A stretch of 64,000 nt of DNA from Octopus vulgaris. Lineage: Eukaryota. The DNA lies in contig OX597830.1 in assembly GCA_951406725.2 (NCBI GenBank), positions 45,756,001-45,820,000 of the forward strand. The letters run 5' to 3'. Positions within the stretch are counted from its first letter, which is position 1. Every line of letters starts with the position of its first letter. The position numbers and the translations under genes were made by a program. The notes below the pieces were generated by a model. The model did no database searches and had not been told where the DNA came from. It worked only from the letters and a program-made list of their open reading frames with translations. Of this stretch, positions 26,530 to 38,723 are shown piece after piece.

Positions 26530-27300
26530 ATTACATGGGAAAATGCGAGCAAGATAAATAAAATTCTTAAGATAATAAATCTTGAAAATGTACTGGACAA
26601 GTTATTACACCTGGGAAGGTACAGAACAAGAAAAGTTTTGCTTAAAATATTGCAGCTGAGGATAAAATTTCAAATTGTATTACAACTTATTCTATTTGTT
26701 ATTACTTGTTACTCCTATTAAAAATAAAACATAACTCAAAATATTTTTTGCACTTAAGAAGAAAAATTTTTTTAATCATTAATTAATAATCAAAAATATG
26801 AAAATAGGTTATAAGAAATAACAGTAGTACATAATTAGTACAATAAATAGAATAATACAAAAATAAGTTATATGTTACAGTAAAATCTACCTATAACAAC
26901 AAATTCACAGTAAAATTTGTTTGAGTTATTGCTCAAGTTATTGCCAAGTCTTCACATTTTTAGGTTTGACCCTATTTTTTACTTAACGAATTTGCCTACC
27001 ATATATACTATTCTACTTTGCATAAAACTTAAGCTATATTGGTACTTCTGGCTCTCATTCTCTAAGTATTTTAATGGGTCAATATTTTAACAAAATGATG
27101 GTACCTTTTTAAATTATAATGTTACTTTGTAAATTAAAATCAAATGATTTTTAATATTCAAATTTTATCCTTAGCTGCAATATTTTAAGTAAAAATTTTC
27201 TTGCTCTGTACTTTTCCAGGTGTCCTATACTTGTCCTATACTTTTCCAGGTTTATAATCTTAAGAATATTATTTCTCTTGCTTGCATCTTTCCATGTAAT
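26530..27300. repeat. Foldback or MITE-like element with about 145-bp inverted arms
   Basis: Arm 26530-26675 (attacatggg...cttaaaatattgcagctgaggataaaattt) is the imperfect reverse complement of arm 27157-27300 (aaattttatccttagctgcaatattttaag...ccatgtaat). Confidence 0.75.
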
Positions 27301-27972
27301 CCATGTTTTTTCCAGGCTATGTTATTATGCTAATTAATAATATGTCAATTAATAATCTAAGATTTTACCTTATTGAAAATTGAATAATAAATGTAATAAA
27401 TTTCTAAATAATATTTTAATTTTTAATACAGATGTAATTAAACTAATTGCAAATTAGTGGTGTCATTGATAATTTTTTCCTTACTTCAATGATTCCTGTG
27501 ACATATATTAAGAGTCCCCTTATAAGACTATATTCATAAAAAAAGAACTATATTATCACCCTCAAATTTGAGAAACAAACACTCATAACTTTTTTCTTTT
27601 AAAACTTCATTGCATTCCAAGCTAGCATGGGCTGGACGTACATATATACCACATATATGTATATACACACAGATATCATCATCATCATTTAATGTCCATT
27701 TTCCATGCTAGCATGGGTTTTATGGTTTGACCATGGTAAGGCCTGGGGCCACACCAGGTTCCATTGTCTGTTCTAAAATGGTTTCTATAGCTGGATGACC
27801 TTCCTGAGGCCAACCACTCCACAGTGTATTGGGTACTTTTTAAGTGGCACCAGCACAGGTGCATCTTATGTGGCGCCAATACCAGCATCAATTCTGCTAT
27901 AACAGACGAGTCTTGTTGAGTACCAGATATCTCAGTCTTCAGTTATCTCTTCGTAAGACTCAGTTTCTTGAG

Positions 27973-27975
<3 letters not shown>

Positions 27976-28018
<43 letters not shown>

Positions 28019-28058
28019 TCTCTCTTTCTACCTCTCTATACACAGACACACACACACC

Positions 28059-28101
<43 letters not shown>

Positions 28102-28142
28102 CTACACATATGTACATATACACACATAGATACATACACAAA
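27976..28142. repeat. (TA)n/(CA)n compound microsatellite
   Basis: Directly visible. Confidence 0.9.
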
Positions 28143-29854
28143 TACAAATGCTAAACTTAACTAGTATTCATATTAAATGCCAGCGCGCAAAGCAGGCATA
28201 AAGTGATGATGGTAATGAAAATAGACTCAGGTGAGTTTAAATATCAGTGCACTGTAAAATATATTGAAACATTGTTAAATTTTTAAGCAAATATTTGTAT
28301 TCAAGTTATGAACATCCTTCATTTGTTGATTATTTTTAGAGACTAATGTCAAAACATTATGCACAAAATATAAAATTAAAATGAATTCCAAGGCCCAGAA
28401 CAAAAACAGTTCTGTTATCAAACAAGAATCTGCAGCCCTTTTAAGAACAACAAACAGCTCCATATAAATGGCATTTCATAAAACATAGCATACATTAGGG
28501 AACTCAGTTCTGATAGACGGATAACAGAATCTAAAAATATAACATTTAAGTAGAAGATAGAACAAGATCCAGAAAGCCTGCAGACAAGAAAGAAGCTATA
28601 TTTGTGACTTTCTGAGAAGCTTACATTCATCAAAGTTTACTTGTGGAAGTATGGCAATTAAATATGAAAAATAGAAGCCTCTCAATATTAAACAGAAAAA
28701 GAAAGGTTAAATACTTTCATGAACTTTTCAATTATTAAATCGAAAGGAAAAAAAACAAAAAGAAAAACAGAACTTTATTTTAGGAACAACTGTTTATACA
28801 GCTATAGAATTTATTTTTAGAAACATCTCATTAAATAACTGAAGTTCTAAAGGTGTTGAATTGTAACAAATGATTAGTAGCAGATAAACCAAAAGTTTTT
28901 ATTTTCTTTACTTGTGAATATATGAAAGAATATCACTTTTTAATCAAGTCTATTCAATTAATTTAGGATTTAAATTTTAAATTGTATTAATTACAATGTA
29001 TGAAATTAGGTATTCCAGTCAAATTCCCTTCTTAAATCGTTCTGAAATTTAATAATGTTAAGCTGAGCTTTGAAAGAACATTTACTCTCTGTATTATAAA
29101 TATAAAGTTTGACAAAAAGTAAATTGTATCTGCAGCTATTAGAATAAATGTCAGCCCATTCCAAACAGAATACTGAACGAGAATACATTAACATAAATGA
29201 TTGATAATAAAAACTAATCTGCCCCAAGTAAATGTAAGAAAATATAAAAGTTTTCACTTTTCTTATGTTGAAAATAAGGTAAAATGGAAAACAAAAAATA
29301 TTGCTATTGTAAATAAATTTGGATTTCCTATAAAAGTTCTAATTGAAATTTATTATTTAAAAAAAAGTTTACAAAGTTTTTCTCTTTTTCTTTTTCTTTT
29401 TGTTAATGTAAAAACTCCTGTTATGAATGCTGATAATACTTCATTTTAGAAGTTGGTGTAAAAGAATGAAAAGTGAGCAACCTTTGTGGTCCAAGTTAAA
29501 CACTTGGTTAGTTTAACTAATAACGAACTACACACGAGCAATCTGCAGTCCACTTGGCTTTCTGAATGGCACTCCTAATAAGGTTTAATTTTATGCAAAA
29601 TTCCAACATGGCTTCAGTTTTTGAATTCAAGCCTCGGAAAATAGTGTTCATTAAAACTTTGTTTTGTTTTGTTTCATTCTCACTTATTCACTCATACTCT
29701 CTCACTCAAAAATTTATTGAAGGAAGTTGATGTCAAAGGGAAAGACCCTTTGTCTTGTGTGTTCTTATTAAATTGTCCAACCCATGCCAACATGGAAAAA
29801 AAACTTAAAATCATCATCAATGTTCACTTTCCATACTGGCATGGATAGCGTAAG

Positions 29855-29857
<3 letters not shown>

Positions 29858-29919
<62 letters not shown>
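29858..29919. repeat. (TA)n microsatellite
   Basis: About 31 uninterrupted AT units. Confidence 0.95.
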
Positions 29920-29922
<3 letters not shown>

Positions 29923-30761
29923 ATACTAACAATAATCCTTGGGTGAAATTTATAAACATTTAATGCATTGTTATGCACGTTTTGAGAAATCCCCTGTCTC
30001 TTAAGATCACAGTCCGTATACTTGGGATGATTATAGTATAGTCTGTAGTACCAATGGGCACTGGCTAGATCATCTTCATGGATTCATTTCTTCAGGCAAT
30101 ATAACATTAAAGGGTGTTTACAAGAGGGATAGCTATCTCTTTTGACCAGTGTGAAAGTCGGTTGAATTATCTGGGTATTTCTGTGTGTATTTGAAAAAAA
30201 CCCATTTCAAATGGAACAACATCAACTACCCCTAGCATATTATAGAACAAGGATAGACAACCAACCAACAACCAACCAAATTTTAGGATGCTATACACCA
30301 TACCATTATACCACCAGAAACAATTAAAAGGCCACCCTAAGAAAGTATCATTCATAAATTCAGACAATGGACTCCTACAGTTGATGGCTGTGGTGGGTGT
30401 AGCTGCTGACCATTTTGGCTTTAGAATTCCTTAAAGATAGCCATGCCTTGGATGAGATGGAACAAAGCAATGTGTTACCCATCCTTGACATCTGCAGACT
30501 GAATAGAAATACAGAAATAATCTTGTTGCTGGTCAAAAGTGATAAACATCCCTCTAGTAAACATCCATTAATGTTATAATCGCCTGAAGAAATGGATCCA
30601 TGAAGATAATCTGGCCGGTGTCCATGGATACCATGGACCACACTGTAATCCTCCCAAGAATATGGACTGTGATCTTAAGAGTTATGTGATTTGTGGAAAC
30701 CTGTGTAGCGACGCATTAAATGTTTATAAATTCCATCCAAGGATTATTATATTAGTCTTAC
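29920..30761. mobile_element. Non-autonomous DNA element with long (about 230 bp) TIRs
   Basis: 29920-30150 is the imperfect reverse complement of 30529-30761, for example tttataaacatttaatgc / gcattaaatgtttataaa, ctcttaagatcacagtcc / ggactgtgatcttaagag and atcttcatgga / tccatgaagat. Confidence 0.8.
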
Positions 30762-30811
30762 ATTATATTGGTACAGCTTGGTGCCACCCAAGAAACTGGT
30801 TCAGCAATCAG

Positions 30812-30858
<47 letters not shown>

Positions 30859-30969
30859 GCACCGTCACATATAAATACATGCATATAGATCCACAGGATA
30901 CTTAAACATGTACCCATATACACAGACACTCATATAACACTTCACAGATTGTTACATTGTTATCAGTAA

Positions 30970-31045
<76 letters not shown>

Positions 31046-32494
31046 TACATACATACATATATATGCATACATACATATGTGTGTGTGTGAGTATAGATAT
31101 ACATATTTACATAAATTAAATAAGAATGCTGGTTAAAATTCTTAACCTTGATATACCCTAAACTAAATTAACGAGGTTGCCAAACTAGGGAAACAAAAAC
31201 TCTAATGGAATTTCCTGCTAACAGCCTGTATGACATTTTCAAACTATAAACTAGCAATTATCTTGTCTATTATCATTATGCTGGTTAAATGTATTTCTTT
31301 TAGGTTAGAAAACAGGCAGAATATTTTCTACAAATATGTTAATTTCTTTAAAAGCAAACAAACAAAAATTTAAACATACACACATACATATACACATAGA
31401 GTTTAATATACATTTGCTTTAAGTGCCAAGTTCATGCAGAAACCAGCATTATCACTGTTGTCAAGCATTATCATTGTCGTCATAATCATCGTTAAAGTTT
31501 TTATGTTTGCATTTTGAAACCTTGTACAAATCAAAAAACAACAAAATGGTGTCTCATCAAAAATTTATCGTTCCATTATTTCTATTAAGCTGAACTCTCT
31601 TTAAACTCAACTACTTTGTCAACAGTTTTCCAATACTTGAACTATTCTAGAAATTGCTACAAAACTTCCCTGTGCACTCTCATTAGGTGTTTAAACCATA
31701 TGAAGTCATACAAGTAAAACACACATCCACAAAGAACATCTGCCACTTTTTCTCCCCTCCTTAAATTGCTATAACTTACTAACTTGCAAAAATTTGTGTA
31801 CAATTATTCAACAACGATTGGCATGGGAGTGTTTGATTTGTCACACTAATCTATTGCTATGTTTGGTGACAGAGCCCTCTTCAACCCCATTCTAGGAACT
31901 CAGGTGGGCTTTACAGCATTTCCAACAGTCTTATATCTCAACATGAAAAAAACCCTAGGCTAACAACACAGTCACTCCTATGCATTACTTCTTCACTTCT
32001 TTCATTCATAGCTGCCATCCATGTAAAATCTAGCCATCTCAAGCTACCAAACTTGCAGTGCTTCCACGAACAGAAATCTCAAAACCATCTTGCAACTGAA
32101 ACAAGACAACCTTGTCACTACACAAACCAATAAAAATACAACACTACACTTTATTCATCAACAAATATAGGTAACAGCCTAACCCTGACCCTAATGAAAT
32201 TTTCATTTATTGAAAAACAAAAAATATTCAGCTCTCAATAGTTGTGTCTACAAAATACAAGCATAGGTATGGCCCCCCAATTGGAGAATTGCTCACAGAG
32301 ACAGTGCAAGTATCAAGCTCACTAACATTTGGAACAAGATATAGTTGCTGCACTTTGGACTGTACACTTCAATTACCCAACACATCTAATGCACTTGTTT
32401 CTAGGACATCCTTCCTATGTCCCATTCCTCAAACTTGTCATCCAATCCTCTCTCTCTCCTTCTTTCACCAGAAGTAAAACCTATCTGAGCTTCA

Positions 32495-32716
32495 TCATTA
32501 TCATTGTTTAATGTCCGCTTTCCATGCTAGCATGGGTTGGACGATTATGACTGAGGGCTGGCGAGCCAGATGGCTGCACCAGGCTCCAATCTTGATCTGG
32601 CAGAGTTTCTACAGCTGGATGCCCTTCCTAACGCCAACCACTCTGAGAGTGTAGTGGGTGCATTTACATGCCACCGGCACAGGGGCCAGTCAGGCGGTAC
32701 TGGCAATGACCTCGCT
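32495..32716 (-). mobile_element. 5'-truncated RTE-like LINE (3' UTR only)
   Basis: Near-identical to the first 220 nt of the 34389 and 45166 copies. Confidence 0.85.
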
Positions 32717-34388
32717 TCTCACCAAATAATCAGAAGTTGAAAATTAACTTTCTCAACAATTACCAAGCCCGAAAGGTTTGAAAGGGTTAAAGGTGCATGA
32801 CTCTTCCTTAGATTGTTTGTTTGTATGCATGTACGGTGTGTGCATGATTTTTCTTTGAGTTTTATTCAAGTTCTTCTTGAAAGAGTTCCAGCTAATCACT
32901 AACCCTAACGGTGTTCATAAATACGTGGTTGACTGGGTTGAACTGTTGATGCTTTTACACCCAAATATGTGTTTGTGCATCTATTCACATAAAGAATCTC
33001 AGATGGAGAATTTTTGGAATGCCTTACAAATCTTCACTTTGCCACTAATAGATTCTATTTAGAGAATCCACATGTTTCTTAAGTATTTCTAGGACTTCTT
33101 TTGCAATTTTCTAGGTTGCTTGTATGTATATATGCATTTAAGAGTTATATTCCACATTCATTGGTCAACTTCATTATCCTCTCATATTAAAATTTGTCCT
33201 GGTCGGATAATTTGTATAAAGAAAACTAGATTCTTCAACAAACTGTTTATGGTAATCAACTAATCTGTTACTGAAAATGAATTATGTGGTACATAATATT
33301 TGAACCTAGATGGGACACACCATGCACTGAAAGGGTGTTTTAAATACTCTGATTATATCTAGATTACATTGCAGACTATTTCTACCTAATCTTTCATCAT
33401 CACTGGAGTAAGTCTTTTCCAGCTTTCTGTATATGCTGAGTTCACTAACATCTTAGTATTAATTAATTACCACATTGCTTCATTCCTAGAATAGGGCACA
33501 ACAGTTCCAGACATACCTATCAAAATTCCTTGTTGAATATCATACACTTTATGGCATGTTTTACACTCCTTTTACAAGCAAATATGATTATTTGTACATC
33601 TTAATATTTCATTGCTTGTTTATCACCAGTTTAGGTACCTAACAATAGAAGTGGAGATACCAGTGCCTAAGGTAAAGAAATGTATCACTACTCTAGAGAG
33701 GCAGTCCAGACAAGTCAATATGTCATTCTGTCTTTTAATTGTTCTTCTGTACTTCAGTTTAACCATGACACTCCAAACTATGTTCTTCACTTTGTTAACA
33801 CCATTATTATTATTATTAAAATGAATTCTTAACACCAAGATGACAACTATTTCTTTTACCTATTATTTCAAGCCTGAAAGATCTAGTCTTGATTAAACCA
33901 CAGTTTCATAATAAGGTCTGATGACACTACTGAAATATTTACAGTTGTCACTGTACGATCAAAAATCAGATTCATCACAATGTGTTTTTAATAATTTGAC
34001 TTAATTCAGGAGCATTGTCTCCTTTGCCTTTCTTCACCAGATTTGTCTGTTGAGATAATAATTATGACTCTTCTCTCTATGGGTGTAATTTTAAATAAAA
34101 AATTGGGGCTTGCTACATTAAGAACAGTGGTGTCCATTTGCTAATTGGAAGGTTATTATCAACCATGACAGAATTCAAAATTTAAACCACATGATCCATT
34201 GTGATAAAGCTGGCAAAAATACGTTTTAGAAAATAGCTATTTTCAACATTATGTTTTAAACATCAAAACAGGTACTCTAAGTTATTAAGAAAATATAATG
34301 ATGAAATAAAAAAAATAACTCAAGAAACTATTAGCTAAAACAAAGTAATTACTAGAAACAAAGTTTCTTTGTCAGGAAGAAACTTAAA

Positions 34389-36630
34389 TCATCATCATCA
34401 TCATCATCGTTTAACGTCCGCCTTCCATGCTAGCATGGGTTGGACAATTTAACTGAGGTCTGGGGAACTGGATGGCTGCACCAGGCTCCAATCTCATCTG
34501 GCAGAGTTTTTACAGCTGGATGCCCTTCCTAATGCCAACCACTCCGAGAGTGTAGTGGGTGCTTTTATGTGGCACCGGCACGAGAGCCAGTCAGGCAGTA
34601 CTGGCAGCGGCCACGCTCAAATGGTGCTGTTTACGTGCCACCTGCACAGGAGCCAGACCAGCAGCACTGGCAACAACCTCACTCGAATGTTTTTTCACAT
34701 GCCATCAGTACAAGTGTCAGTAAGGCGACGCAGGTAATGATCACACTTGAATGGTGCTTTTTACATGCCATTGGCACAGAGGCTAGCTTGTTGCTCTGGC
34801 AACGATCACGCATTTATGGTACTCTTAGCAATCCACTAGCACAAATGCCAGTCATCGAATTTGATTTCGATTTCACTTGCCTCAACAGGTCTTTGCAAGC
34901 AGAGTTTAGTGTCCAATGAAGGAAAGGTATGCATAAGTGGGCTGGTTACACCCCTGGCACAGGCCACAAGGTTATAGTCTCACTTGGCTTGCTGAGTCTT
35001 CTCAAGCACAGCATATTTCCAAAGGTCTCGGTCACTAGTCATTACCTCGGTGAGGCCCAATGCTTGAAGGTTATGCTTCACCACCTCATCCCAGATCCTC
35101 CTGGGTCTACCTCTTCCACAGGTTCCGTCAACCGCTAGGGTGTGGCACTTTTTCACACACCTATCCACATTCATTCTCACCACATGGCCATACCAGTGCA
35201 GTCGTCTCTCTTGCACACCACATCTGATGCTTCTTAAGTCCAACTTTTCTCTCAAGGTACTTACACTCTGTCGAGTATGCACACTGACATTACACATCCA
35301 TCGGAGTATACTGGCTTCATTCCTTGTGAGCTTATGCATGTCCTCAGCAGTCATGGCCCATGTTTCACTGCCATGTAGCATGGCTGTTTGTACACATGAG
35401 TCATACAGTCTACCTTTTACTCTGAGCAAGAGGCCCTTTGTCACCGGCAGAGATAAGAGCTCTCTGAACTTTGCCCAGGCTATTCTTATTCTACCTGAAG
35501 GGATTTGTGGTTTGCTTGTCTTCCTACTTATTAGGACTTTGGTTTTAGCTAGGTTGATTCTAAGGCCATTCGATTCTAATCCTTGTTTCCACACTTGAAA
35601 CTTCTCTAGTCCTGATTGTGACTCAGCAATTAGAGCAAGGTCATCTGCATAGAGGAACTCCCAGGGGCATCCTGTCTTGAATTCCTCCGTTATTGCCAGG
35701 AGGATTATGATAAATAGGAGGGCACTGAGGACTGAACCTTGGTGGACACCTACCTCTACCAGGAATTTTTCACTGTACCTGTTGCCAGATATTTTGAGCA
35801 TCTCTGCAGTAATTCCTGTCTTCATACTCTTAGTTGCTTTATCTAGCAAGGTACTGTCAATTCAGATAGCTGGTCCCTCTGTTGGGTCGACAATTGGCAG
35901 ACTCTCTTTCTCCCATTCATTTTCTTTATTCAGCAACCTTTCATAGTGGCGTCTCCAAACCTCTCTCTTTGCAGCCTCATTTAGTGGAAGTGAACCATCA
36001 TCCATGCAGACACATTTCTCTCCTACAACATCATGATTCTCTCTAACACATTGTCTTTCAACACGAAATACCTCAAGTCTTTGGTTCTCACGGCGCAGAA
36101 CATTGGCAAATTTTTTCTTATCTGCTTCCCTTCTGGCTAAATAAACCTGTCTCCTAGCTTCCCTTCTGGCAGTCTGATACAGTCCCCAGCTACCACCGTT
36201 CTTCCAGTCCTTCCAAGCCTGTTTCTTTTGTCTAATAGCCCTGTCTACAACATTGTTCAACAACCACGTTATCTTGGATAGAGAGGGGACTTTGCACCAT
36301 CCACAGATCTGGTCAGTGGCCCTCAGTAGGTTGTCCCATAGAAACCTCTAGTTGTCTTCTACACCGTGTGAAGCTATATCCCCTTCTATTTCGTCAAAGG
36401 CTTTGAGTAATATGTCTGAATCTCTGTCCATTAGTGGGATCTTTAAGCTTCCAGACTCTTCTCCTCCATGCTGGTCGTCTTCTGGGCGTCCACTTAGCCC
36501 TGATCCTAAAGTCACTAACTACAAGTTTATGTTGTGGGGTACATTCTTTGCCTGGGAAGGTTTTGGCATTTATAAGCAGCCATCTTTCCCTTTTTCTGGC
36601 GAGGATGTAGTCAATTTGGCTAGTGTGTTC
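34389..36630 (-). mobile_element. RTE-like LINE, 5'-truncated with internal deletions
   Basis: (CAT)n tail and 3' UTR. ORFs 34980..35849 (VGVHQGSVLS, FLYADDLAL RT motifs, RRLHWYGHVVRM), 35862..36263 and 36394..36648 (SQIDYIL...QHKLVV, the APE endonuclease end). Confidence 0.92.
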
Positions 36631-37224
36631 AACACTATTAATAAACACACAGAAATATGAATCAACAATAGAATACTATGTGGTAACTTGATTTGCTAGA
36701 AATAGCAACTGGATCTTTTCAAAATCATACCCAAACATATTTAAGAAGAATAATACATCTAGAACTGCATTAGCCTATTAAGATATATGATTAAGGCTAA
36801 TTATCTGATTGTTGAGGTCTTCTCAATCAACATTAATAGAAATTACTAGTCTACCTGTGATCGGTTGGGTCACCTGGAAAGTCTGAGTTTCCCAGCAACA
36901 GAGTTTTGTTTTGTGGGTGTTTTTTACTTTTCTGGGTTATTTCACATGCTTTCAACTAATGTGACAGCGAAATCAGGGATAAACAGCTCCTTCCCCTAGA
37001 AAAGGAAAAGATTTGGCTCCTATTTCTTGCATGTCCTGCTACCATATAACAGGTATTTCGGGCCCTTTATCGTAAATAGCTGTACATGATAGCAGGGTGT
37101 GCTAGAAATAGCAGCCAAATCTTTAGAGATGAGATGAACGCACTCAAAACAAAATATTTTGTAATGGGGTAATCTTTCACTTCGACTCTCAGAACTATCA
37201 TCCAGATCAGCTGGTTTTGTTCCT

Positions 37225-37302
37225 TAATTTCCGTAAATTTTTTTTATTTATTTACTTTTATTTTAAAGTGAAAGATGTATGAGTGTGTATATATGAAATG
37301 GA

Positions 37303-37334
<32 letters not shown>

Positions 37335-37602
37335 CCACTTACATATACATGAGAACACACGTTCACACTCTCTCTCTCTCACATATGCACATGTACATGC
37401 AAAAAAGATGTATGCATATCTATTGATGTATGTATGTATACATGTCAACACACCCCTTCACTCACTCACTCTTTCTTTCTCTTTTTCTCTTTCTTTCACA
37501 CACACGTCCATTTCATATACACATACATACACACCTTTGACCTTCTCCTCACTTTCACTTTAAAATGAAAGTAAATAAATAAATTTTTTTTTAAGGAAAT
37601 TA
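37225..37602. repeat. MITE-like element: about 50-bp TIRs around a microsatellite-rich core
   Basis: TAATTTCCGTAAA..TTTATTTATTTACTTTTATTTTAAAGTGAAAG pairs with CTTTCACTTTAAAATGAAAGTAAATAAATAAA..TTAAGGAAATTA. TA at both ends. Confidence 0.7.
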
Positions 37603-38723
37603 TTGAACTGTTTAAAGAAAGCTAAAATATAAATACTTACTGTACAAACAACTTACATTTTTGAAATCACATTCAGTTAAAAATATTTCAAAATGATTAA
37701 AATATTGTGTACATCAAAAAAGTCAACTTTTTTCTTCCTTAGAGAGTATGTGTATATGTCACAGATAGCGGACGTGTGTTTGTGTTGATTGACATGTCAT
37801 GACATTCATTATATGTGTGTGTGTATTTTGTATGTGTGTTGACATCATGTAATCCATGTTTTGTATTTTTTGTCAAGAAATAACAAACAAAAATTGTGTA
37901 AGTATGAAAATAAATATGCAAAAAAAATTTTAATAAAATATATTATTTCTGAGATATTTTGGTTACATACAAACATCTCCAGAGTTTTAGTATTATTAAG
38001 ATAAAGCAATAACAAAATATTTTAAAAGTGAGTTAAAATAATCATACAATAGAAGGATGTGGGAGATGGGCACAAAAATATATTTGGTTAAAATTCACCA
38101 ATGCAGGTGGAAAATACAATGTAGCTGATAAATTTAAGTTTGGCATTGATTGTTCTCAGATAAGAAAATTATAAAGTAATTCTCAAGAAAGCTGATGAAA
38201 GACTGCATTTCTTTCTTCTACTTTTGTGCATAAAATGGAACATAAAATGTGTTTAGTTTCATTTTCCAACTTCTCAGGGTTTAGGACCTCTTATACAATG
38301 TGTATTATAGAGTTCATATAAAAGGCTTAACCAACCACGAATATAACTGCTTCATTTCTGTGTCACAACAACTGGTAAGGAATATGGTCAAAAGATCTTT
38401 ACTGACAATATACAATTCAAAAACAAGAAGTTCCTGCCTACTTCTAACATTCTTGTCTTAGAAAACAGAAATACCACAAGCAAGGAATTTGATTAAGGTG
38501 AAGGAGCATGGTTTGGCAAGACATTTGATTCTTGGTCTTTTCTTTAAAGCAGACAAAGTGAAGATATATGAGTTCTAAAGCCAACATTTACAGCAAGCTA
38601 CCAACCTAGATGGTTATATTTGTGTGTGTGCGTGATTGCAGGTGCACACACACACATACACTACCTCATGTTTGATTTCTTTTGGGAAAGAAAATGGTGA
38701 GTGGGTGGAGGAAGACTCTACAC

